Source of the DNA: Chloroflexota bacterium
Lineage (GTDB): Bacteria; Chloroflexota; Anaerolineae; J102
Direction: 5' to 3'
Assembly (NCBI GenBank): GCA_013152585.1
Contig: JAADGC010000177.1
Coordinates: forward strand, 1-55,900
Length of the DNA stretch: 55,900 nucleotides
Part shown: positions 44,428 to 52,009 of the stretch, piece after piece
Numbering within the stretch: the stretch's first letter is position 1
Layout of the letters: each line of letters begins with the position of its first letter
Notes under the pieces: generated by a model
Told to the model about the DNA's origin: nothing
What the model saw: the letters and a program-made list of their open reading frames with translations, nothing else
Databases searched by the model: none
Program-made: the position numbers and the translations under genes

Positions 44428-44880
44428 TTATGACGAGTGGTCGGCGGCTGCCCGGGCAACGGCGGACCGCTGCTGATCGAGAAAGGCCTGCAGAAAAACG
44501 GCGGCGGCTACGTCATCATTGTGTCTTTTTTTGCCACCGGGTTTGCGGGGACGGTTTTGTTGCAAAATCTGATCGGCGGCAAAGGAGCTGAGCCGTTCAT
44601 CGACAAATTGCATGGGCAAAGGTACGTGCGTGATGAGCTGTCTGGCATAATTGCGCACACGCTTGGCCTGAGGCCCTTCGCTGCCATCCATGTTGTAGGG
44701 CAGGCCGACCAGCAGGGCATCGGCGCCTTCGTGAGCGGCCACTCGGGCAATCTCGGCAGCATCGGCGCGCTTGCTACGGCGTACGACGATGCTGTGCGGC
44801 CGCGCCAGCCAGGCGGCGCTATTGCCCACCGCCAGACCGATGCGTTTGTCGCCTATGTCCAGGGCCAACCAGGTTGTCAT
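44428..44880 (-). CDS. ruvX: Putative pre-16S rRNA nuclease / Holliday-junction-resolvase-like RuvX (YqgF)
   Basis: WLALDIGDKRIGLAVGN...ALLVGLPYNMDGSEGPQAKRVRNYARQL...FVDERLSS. Confidence 0.85.
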   Translation of the reverse strand: MTTWLALDIGDKRIGLAVGNSAAWLARPHSIVVRRSKRADAAEIARVAAHEGADALLVGLPYNMDGSEGPQAKRVRNYARQLITHVPLPMQFVDERLSSFAADQILQQNRPRKPGGKKRHNDDVAAAVFLQAFLDQQRSAVARAAADHSS

Positions 44881-44893
44881 GAATCAGATGCAC

Positions 44894-46462
44894 TCAGGGC
44901 GATTGCAGCACGAGGACGCGTATGCGGGTGGGGATGGTGGGCAAACGGCCGAGCCAGTTGGGTTCGAGCGTGATCACGGGCGGTTGTTCCAGGGCAAAGG
45001 CCTCTTGCAGGCGCCGGGAAGCAGCATGCAAAGGCACGCCCGCCAGCAGCGTCCGCACTTCGTTGACCTTGATGGGGACGAGCGTGTCGGCGCTGGCCGT
45101 GAGGGTCATGTCGACGGCCTTATCGCTAAAGCGCACAAAGGTGGGCGAACTGACCTGGATGGTTTCTTCCAGGAAAAAATGGTCGGCGGGAATGCTTTCG
45201 CGCAGGGAGCGTTCGACCAATGCCTGAGCACTGGTCACATCCACGGCCAGGCCTCGGGCCAGCAGTTGCAGTTGTAGCCCCAGGACATCGGCATGTTCAC
45301 CGGCAAAACGATCGTAGGTTTCGGCCAGGGTGAAGGTGCGTACGGTCTCGGGTGGGATCGCTTCCCCCTGCTGCAGGCTCTCGCCCAGGCGCGTATAAGC
45401 CTGTTGTTGTAATGCGGCCTGCAGCTTGCCCAGCAGGCGCTCTTTGTCGGCGGCGGTGACCACGGCCACCGGTTCGACCGTGCCGCCGGCCGTGGGGCTT
45501 TCGTTGCTAACCCGCAGCGAGAGGTTGAGCGGACCTTCGATCTCGTTGATGGTGAGGGCGGGGATGTTGCCTTTACGACCGGGCTTGACAGCCTCGATGA
45601 GAGCGTTGGCGCTCTGGCCAATGCCGGCCGTCACTGTGACGGCCTCGGTGATGCGAAAGCGCACATTATTGCCCGTGGTGGTGCGCAGGATGGTGGCCGT
45701 CGGCACCACGATCTCACGGCTGCTACGATTGATGAAGCGCACAATGCCGGTGGCTTTGCCCACTGGGGCTTCTTCCACGCCGGTGGTGGCGATGGTGTCA
45801 AAGGCTTCGACACGGGTCTGCACGTTGCGGGCGGGCACCAACAGGTTGAAATAGGAGGCGTTTTCGATGCCGACACGGGCCGTGATTTGCTCGGAGCTGA
45901 CAAAACGGGTGCGGGCGGGCACCAGCGTGACCGTTGCTTGCGGAATCAGCAGCACTGCCGCGCCTGCCGCCAGCCCTGCGATGACCACCAACAACAAAAG
46001 GTATCCCAGTGCCACCAGCCATACAGATCGTTTTTTGCGACGGGTGCTGCCCACAAGGATGGTTTTGTGAGGCAATGTGACGATGTCTGGAGCGTGGAGA
46101 CCAAGGCCTACGTCTGGTGGGGGAGAGGCTACCAGGGGTCGGACAGTGGCCGGGGAAGGCAGGGCTGGCGGGGCCGGTGGATAACGCCAGCGACGACTGG
46201 CCCTGGCGACCTTGCGAAAGGTGGGGATGCGGGCAGCGCGGGCATGATAGCGGACATCGGCATCATCTGTGACCAGACCGACTTGCACGCCCAAGGCGTC
46301 TGCCTGACGTCGCAGGGTTTGCAGGCGCACGACATGTGCCAGTTCATCCACCTGTGTGGGCAGTATGAGAAGCACCTGTGCACCCGGCTGAGCCTGCCGC
46401 AAAGCAGCCACTGCTGCAGCCAGGGTGGCGGGGGCATTCAATTGTACTTGATGTGGGGTCAT
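44894..46462 (-). CDS. Hypothetical single-pass membrane protein with a large extracytoplasmic beta-rich region
   Basis: Cytoplasmic about 140 aa (QVLLILPTQVDELAHVVRLQTLRRQADALGV), TM VWLVALGYLLLLVVIAGLAAGAAVLLI, then about 350 aa with no motif I recognise. It is tightly packed between alaS and ruvX. Confidence 0.6.
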   Translation of the reverse strand: MTPHQVQLNAPATLAAAVAALRQAQPGAQVLLILPTQVDELAHVVRLQTLRRQADALGVQVGLVTDDADVRYHARAARIPTFRKVARASRRWRYPPAPPALPSPATVRPLVASPPPDVGLGLHAPDIVTLPHKTILVGSTRRKKRSVWLVALGYLLLLVVIAGLAAGAAVLLIPQATVTLVPARTRFVSSEQITARVGIENASYFNLLVPARNVQTRVEAFDTIATTGVEEAPVGKATGIVRFINRSSREIVVPTATILRTTTGNNVRFRITEAVTVTAGIGQSANALIEAVKPGRKGNIPALTINEIEGPLNLSLRVSNESPTAGGTVEPVAVVTAADKERLLGKLQAALQQQAYTRLGESLQQGEAIPPETVRTFTLAETYDRFAGEHADVLGLQLQLLARGLAVDVTSAQALVERSLRESIPADHFFLEETIQVSSPTFVRFSDKAVDMTLTASADTLVPIKVNEVRTLLAGVPLHAASRRLQEAFALEQPPVITLEPNWLGRLPTIPTRIRVLVLQSP

Positions 46463-46509
46463 AACGGGGATACAGGTCGAATCTGAAGCGCTCAGGCGAC
46501 CAGAGTGTA

Positions 46510-49218
46510 TCAGGAAGGGAGCTGTTGGGCGATAGTGGCCGTGGCCGCGGCCAAGGCGGCGTCAAGCTTGCCGATGTCGCGACCGCCAGCCTGCGCCATG
46601 TCGGGACGGCCGCCGCCACCGCCGCCAATGATCGGCGCCAGCGCCTTCACCAGATTGCCGGCATGGGCGCCGCGTTGCACGACATCCTTGGTGGTGGCTG
46701 CCAGCAGCATGGGTTTATCGTTGAGCACGGCGCCCAACACGACGATGCCCGAGCCCAGTTTGCTGCGCAGATCGTCGGCCATGATCCGTAGATCGTGAAC
46801 ATTGGCTGCCTGCACCCGGGTGACGATCACGGGCACACCGGCCACATCGACTGCCTTTGCCACCACTTCGCGGGCCTGCTGGGCGATGAGTTGCTGGCGC
46901 AGCTTTTGCAATTCCCGATTCATGGCACTGAGATGATCCTGAAGCTCCTGCACTTTTTGGGGCACCGTCTGCGGCGACACATGCAACTCGCGAGCGATAT
47001 GTTCGAGGGTGGAGATATGATCGAGGGCGTAGGCTTCGGCGCCAAAGCCGGTCACCGCTTCGATACGGCGCACGCCGGCCGACACAGAGCCTTCGCCGGT
47101 GATGATGAATGACCCAATCTGGGACGTATTTTCGACATGGGTGCCGCCACACAGCTCATAGCTCCAGGGGTTGTCTTCGCTGCCCACGCGCACGGTGCGC
47201 ACGATATCACCGTATTTTTCGCCAAACAGGGCTGTCGCCCCCTCTTGCAGGGCCTCTGCCAGGGGCTTCGATTGGATGTGCACGGGATAATGGCTGAGGA
47301 TGGCCTCGTTCACGCTGTCGGTGATCTGGCGCAGCTCGTCTCCGGTCAGCGCCGCATCATAACGGAAGTCGAAGCGCAGTCGGTCGGGAGCCACCAGGGA
47401 ACCCGCCTGCTCGACATGCTCGCCGAAGAGATTCCGCAAGGCGCGATGCAGGAGGTGCGTGGCCGTGTGATTGCGCATAATGTCCCAGCGGCGGCGACTA
47501 TCGACGTGCACTGTGACCGCTGCTCCCACCTGTGCCCGACCGCCTTGTATTCGAGCACGATGCAGGATCAGGCCGGGAATGGGGCGGCGCACGTTGAGCA
47601 CTTCGGCCCGCCAGTTCTCGCCTTCGATCTCGCCGGTGTCGCTCACCTGACCGCCCGATTCGATATAAAAAGGCGTCTCGGCCAGGATCAAATCCACTTC
47701 CTGTCCGGCGGCAACGGTTTCTACCAGCTTGTCATGGGCCAGAATACCTAACAGTTGGGTGGTACGGCTGTGGGAACCATAGGGATCCTGACGGATACCG
47801 CTGTCGGGCAGGAAGCCCCGACGTTGCAAGGCTGCAAAGGCGGCGGTATAGACCTCGCTGCCCTGGGCATAGATGGCTTCGTTCAGGCGTCCCTGGCTGG
47901 TGCGGCGATGGGTGGCGTCGGCTTGCAGATAACCGGCCTCGTCCACCGTGTAGCCGCGTTCCTGGCAGATGTCGCGAGTGACTTCGAAAGGCAGGCCGTG
48001 GGTGGATTTGAGATCGAAAGCGGTTTTGCCCGCCAGAATGCGCACACCCCGGGCATCCAACTCGGCCAAAGCGCGTTCCAGCTCCACCAGCGCCCTATCC
48101 AGGGTGACGATAAACTGTTCCTCTTCCTGAGTGACGATGGTTTCGATCCATTTGCGGCGCTGGGGCAATTCGGGATACACATTGCCCATCTTGGTGATGA
48201 CTGCATCACACACGCGGGCGATAAACGGTTCGGTGAAGCCGATTTTGCGGCCAAAACGATGTGCGCGACGAATGACCATGCGCAGGACATAGCCGGGACC
48301 GTTGGCGCCGGGACGCACACCGTCGGCCACTAAAAAGGCCGCCGCCCGGGCATGGTCGGCGATCACGCGATAGCCCACCTGATACTGCCGGCGTTGGGCA
48401 TCGCTGTGCCCCAGCAACGCCTGCAGATGCGCCATGATCGGCACAAATAGATCGTTATCGTAATTGACCGGCGTATTCTGTACCACGCTGACGATGCGCT
48501 CCAGGCCCATGCCCGTATCTACGCCGGTCTTGGGCAGGGGCGTGCGCTTGCCGGTGGCGTCTTGATTGAACTGCATGAACACCAGGTTCCAGATTTCCAG
48601 CCAACGGTCGCAGCCGTTATCGAGCAATACCGAACAATCGGGATCGCCACAGGTGCAGGCTTCGGCGCCCCAATCGTAGTGGATCTCGCTGGTGGGGCCA
48701 CAGGGCCCGACATCGCCCATAGACCAGAAATTGGTCTTATCGTCCATGCGATACACACGATCGGGATCGATGCCCATGTATTGCGTCCAGATGGCAAAGG
48801 CCTCGTCGTCGTCCTTGTACACGGTGTAGACCAGGCGGTCGTGGTCGAGGTTGACGACGGTGGTGAGAAATTCGTAAGCAAAGCGACTGGCGTCCCGTTT
48901 GAAATAGTCGCCAAAACTGAAGTTGCCCAGCATCTCGAAGAAGGTGTGATGTCGGGGAGAGGGCCCCACATTCTCGAGATCGTTGTGTTTGCCGGAAACA
49001 CGCATACACTTCTGGGAAGTGGTGGCGCGGGTGTAGGGGCGTTTTTCCAGGCCCAAAAAAACATCTTTGAATTGCACCATGCCGGCATTGGTCAGCAGCA
49101 GGGTGTCGTCGTTGTACGGGATCAGAGAAGAGCTGGGAACACGTTGGTGCCTTTGCTCCTCGAAATAGTCGAGGAAAGCCTGGCGGATTTGTTCGCTGGT
49201 AGTTGGGTGCATAGTCAT
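46510..49218 (-). CDS. alaS: Alanine--tRNA ligase
   Basis: FFEMLGNFSFGDYFK, the editing-domain HTATHLLH and a C-terminal GGGGGGRPDMAQAGG. The track start at 49233 is a TTG; in-frame ATGs lie at 49218 and 49212. Confidence 0.9.
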   Translation of the reverse strand: MTMHPTTSEQIRQAFLDYFEEQRHQRVPSSSLIPYNDDTLLLTNAGMVQFKDVFLGLEKRPYTRATTSQKCMRVSGKHNDLENVGPSPRHHTFFEMLGNFSFGDYFKRDASRFAYEFLTTVVNLDHDRLVYTVYKDDDEAFAIWTQYMGIDPDRVYRMDDKTNFWSMGDVGPCGPTSEIHYDWGAEACTCGDPDCSVLLDNGCDRWLEIWNLVFMQFNQDATGKRTPLPKTGVDTGMGLERIVSVVQNTPVNYDNDLFVPIMAHLQALLGHSDAQRRQYQVGYRVIADHARAAAFLVADGVRPGANGPGYVLRMVIRRAHRFGRKIGFTEPFIARVCDAVITKMGNVYPELPQRRKWIETIVTQEEEQFIVTLDRALVELERALAELDARGVRILAGKTAFDLKSTHGLPFEVTRDICQERGYTVDEAGYLQADATHRRTSQGRLNEAIYAQGSEVYTAAFAALQRRGFLPDSGIRQDPYGSHSRTTQLLGILAHDKLVETVAAGQEVDLILAETPFYIESGGQVSDTGEIEGENWRAEVLNVRRPIPGLILHRARIQGGRAQVGAAVTVHVDSRRRWDIMRNHTATHLLHRALRNLFGEHVEQAGSLVAPDRLRFDFRYDAALTGDELRQITDSVNEAILSHYPVHIQSKPLAEALQEGATALFGEKYGDIVRTVRVGSEDNPWSYELCGGTHVENTSQIGSFIITGEGSVSAGVRRIEAVTGFGAEAYALDHISTLEHIARELHVSPQTVPQKVQELQDHLSAMNRELQKLRQQLIAQQAREVVAKAVDVAGVPVIVTRVQAANVHDLRIMADDLRSKLGSGIVVLGAVLNDKPMLLAATTKDVVQRGAHAGNLVKALAPIIGGGGGGRPDMAQAGGRDIGKLDAALAAATATIAQQLPS

Positions 49219-49542
49219 TTGTTGCTGAAGCAAGATAGACGGAAGGTCGTCGAATGGTCATTGCAAAATTTTATTCTACCGTCGATAGGGTCTGGGGTCA
49301 AACATGAGATCAGTTCGGGGTGCATCCCAGAATTTTGGGTGGGATTTGTGTTCTTCAGTTTTTGCTGCGCCGCCGAGCGCCAGCGTTGTCGTCCTTCTCT
49401 GCTCCTGTGTAGGGGCTGACGAATAAACTAGCGCAAAGGATCGTTTCAATGAATCCCACCGTTCATCTGCAGGTCACTAGCACAAAAATTAAAAATTCAT
49501 GAAAAAAGTGCATCTTTTTTCTGTCAATCTTATTTTCTCAAA

Positions 49543-49558
49543 TGTGATCTTAATCATA
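49543..49558. promoter_or_regulatory. CRP/FNR-family-like palindromic site
   Basis: TGTGA tcttaa TCATA versus the CRP consensus TGTGA-N6-TCACA (9 of 10 half-site positions). Centred at 49550.5 inside the AT-rich region. Confidence 0.4.
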
Positions 49559-49579
49559 CAACAATGAGAGTAAAGAGAG

Positions 49580-49585
49580 TATAAT
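49580..49585 (+). promoter_or_regulatory. Candidate -10 hexamer for the cytochrome gene
   Basis: TATAAT. No good -35 at 17-nt spacing, where the CRP/FNR-like site overlaps instead. Confidence 0.35.
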
Positions 49586-49699
49586 AAATTGTTTGTACTA
49601 TTATGTTGTGTGCAGGCAGATAATTTCACTGCAATATTCAGGTTCATGCATCCTCTGCCATGTTTCGCCCTTCGTTTCTGTGTTCAAGGAGTAAAACCT

Positions 49700-51922
49700 A
49701 TGAGGAAAGTCCTGCTCAGTACCGCCGCATTACTACTGGTCATAATGATTCTTGTGGGGGGAAGAGCCCAACAAGTTAACGCTGATGTACCAGGGGGCAT
49801 CTGCCCAGATAATCTGCAGCAAGATGGCTTGTCGTCGCCAGGGAATCCGTTCTCTGAACAGATCTTTTTACCCTTCCAACTATCGCCCTGTGGCCCTCCC
49901 GTTGTGATTCCTTTCTATGATCAGTGGGCGACCTCCGGGCACAACAACACCGCAGCCGCAGCTTTCCACCATTGGGATGCAGAGGGTGAAATTTCCACTT
50001 CCTGCGCCAAGTGCCACAGCTCGTGGGGCTACATGGACTTTCTGGGAGTTGACGGCAGCGCCGCCGGCGTTGTCGACAAAGCAGCTCCTATAGGATCGAC
50101 CATCGAGTGCGCTGCCTGCCACAATGACGCCACTCTGCAATTGACCAGCGTTACCTTCCCCTCAGGCGAAACCGTCAATAATCTGGGTGACGAATCCCGT
50201 TGTATGGTGTGCCACCAGGGGCGTGAATCCAAAGTCAGCGTCGATCAATACATTGTCGACAAAGGCGCTGACGCGGATGTCGATGCCGTCACAGCCGGCA
50301 TGAGCTTCCGCAATATCCATTACTTTGCTGCCGCAGCCACCCAGTATGGCACCCTTGCCAAGGGCGGCTACGAATATGATGGGATGGCCTACGACCTGAA
50401 ATTCCAGCATGTGCCGTCTTACGATCAGTGCATTGAATGCCATGATCCACACACGCTGCAAGTACAGGTCAATGAGTGTGCCACTTGTCACACTGCTGTG
50501 ACCACTGTGGAAGACCTGAAAGATGTGCGTATGAATGGGTCAAAGGTCGACTACGATGGCGATGGCAATACGACAGAAGGCATGTACTATGAGATAGCCG
50601 GGCTGCAAGAAAAGCTCTACGCCGCCATTCAGGCCTATGCCACCGAGATCAGTGGTACGCCCATTGTCTACGATGGGAGTTCGTATCCTTATTTCTTTAT
50701 CGACACCAATGCCAATGGCCAGCCGGATCCTGGCGAAACCAACTACGGAAACCGCTATAACGCCTGGACGGCGCGTCTGCTGAAGGCTACATACAACTAC
50801 CAGGTTTCCGTCAAAGATCCCGGCGCCTTCGCCCACAATTCCAAGTACATCATCCAGCTTCTGCATGATTCGATTGCCGATCTCAACACGATGCTCAGCA
50901 CGCCGGTTGATCTGTCCGGCGCCCATCGCAATGATGTTGCTCACTTCGCTGGCAGTACGGCCCCCTTCCGCCATTGGGATGGCGATGGTGAGGTGCGAGG
51001 AAGTTGCGCTCGCTGTCACAGCAGTGAAGGCATACCTACCTACCACAAGGAAGGCGTGACTATCTCAGCCCCGACCACCAATGGCTTCATGTGCTCCACC
51101 TGCCATGCCAACGTGGGCGGTGATTGGGCCCGCTACGTATTCGATGACGCTACCTTCCCCAGCGGCGCCACCGCAACCTTCGGCGCTGGTGAAGATGACA
51201 ATCTGTGTATGCAATGCCACCAGGGTCGTGAATCAGGCGTGAGCGTGGCCGATGCCATTGCCGGCAAAGATGTCGATACCGTCGCTGCGGACTTGCGCTT
51301 CATCAATGTCCATTATCTGGCGGCCGGCGCCACGCTATTCGGCAGCGATGTAACGGGCATGTATGAATACGCAGGTAAGAGCTACAATGGCCGGAACATC
51401 CATGTGGCTCCGTTCGATCAGTGCACCGAGTGCCATGGTACCCACGGGCTGCAAGTCAAGTGGGACGCCGTAGGGCTGAACTGCTCGACATGCCATCCTG
51501 TTGTAACCTCGGCCGATAAATTGCACGATATCAGGTGGGCAACCACGCCGGATTACGATGGTGACGGCAATACCACAGAGGGAGTCGCTGGCGAAATCCA
51601 AACCATGGAAGTTGCGTTGTATACAGCGATACAAGCTTACGCCGTGGCTACCCCTGGTGCCGATCCCATCATTTACAGCCCCACCTCCTATCCCTATTTC
51701 TTCAAGGACACCGATGGTAATGGTGTGGTTGATCCGGGTGAGGCGGTCTATGGTAACAGATATAAGACCTGGACACCACGACTCTTGCGTGCCGCTTATA
51801 ACTTCCATTATGTTATGAAAGATCCTGGTGGTTTTGCGCACAACAGCAAGTACATCGTCCAGACTCTCTTTGATACCCTCGACGATATGGGAGTTGATGT
51901 CTCTGGCATGACACGCCCCTAA
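49700..51922 (+). CDS. Secreted decahaem c-type cytochrome built from two tandem 5-haem modules
   Basis: AAGGAG SD 8 nt upstream of the ATG at 49700. Signal peptide MRKVLLSTAALLLVIMILVGGRAQQVNA. Ten CxxCH motifs: CAKCH, CAACH, CMVCH, CIECH, CATCH, CARCH, CSTCH, CMQCH, CTECH, CSTCH. The track ORF from 49589 is an extension. Confidence 0.85.
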   Translation: MRKVLLSTAALLLVIMILVGGRAQQVNADVPGGICPDNLQQDGLSSPGNPFSEQIFLPFQLSPCGPPVVIPFYDQWATSGHNNTAAAAFHHWDAEGEISTSCAKCHSSWGYMDFLGVDGSAAGVVDKAAPIGSTIECAACHNDATLQLTSVTFPSGETVNNLGDESRCMVCHQGRESKVSVDQYIVDKGADADVDAVTAGMSFRNIHYFAAAATQYGTLAKGGYEYDGMAYDLKFQHVPSYDQCIECHDPHTLQVQVNECATCHTAVTTVEDLKDVRMNGSKVDYDGDGNTTEGMYYEIAGLQEKLYAAIQAYATEISGTPIVYDGSSYPYFFIDTNANGQPDPGETNYGNRYNAWTARLLKATYNYQVSVKDPGAFAHNSKYIIQLLHDSIADLNTMLSTPVDLSGAHRNDVAHFAGSTAPFRHWDGDGEVRGSCARCHSSEGIPTYHKEGVTISAPTTNGFMCSTCHANVGGDWARYVFDDATFPSGATATFGAGEDDNLCMQCHQGRESGVSVADAIAGKDVDTVAADLRFINVHYLAAGATLFGSDVTGMYEYAGKSYNGRNIHVAPFDQCTECHGTHGLQVKWDAVGLNCSTCHPVVTSADKLHDIRWATTPDYDGDGNTTEGVAGEIQTMEVALYTAIQAYAVATPGADPIIYSPTSYPYFFKDTDGNGVVDPGEAVYGNRYKTWTPRLLRAAYNFHYVMKDPGGFAHNSKYIVQTLFDTLDDMGVDVSGMTRP

Positions 51923-51957
51923 CCCATCCCGACACCACATCCTTCATCTTACACGAC

Positions 51958-51990
51958 AAGCAGGGCGCCGGAGCGCCCTGCTTCCTTTTT
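51958..51990 (+). terminator. Rho-independent terminator after the cytochrome gene
   Basis: AAGCAGGGCGC cgga GCGCCCTGCTT followed by CCTTTTT. Confidence 0.85.
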
Positions 51991-52009
51991 CGTTGGGCTT
52001 TTCATCTAC

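Noticed and set aside
49234-49470. Possible T-box riboswitch or other leader upstream of alaS
   Set aside because: The minus-strand leader has a long-range complement (GGTGGGATT at 49452-49460 against AATCCCACC at 49338-49346), an AGAGA, and a local AUCCCA/UGGGAU hairpin. I could not find the conserved T-box sequence (AAnnnGGGUGGnACCGCG), a specifier loop presenting GCU, or a U-tract terminator. It is worth an Rfam scan but is not supportable by eye.
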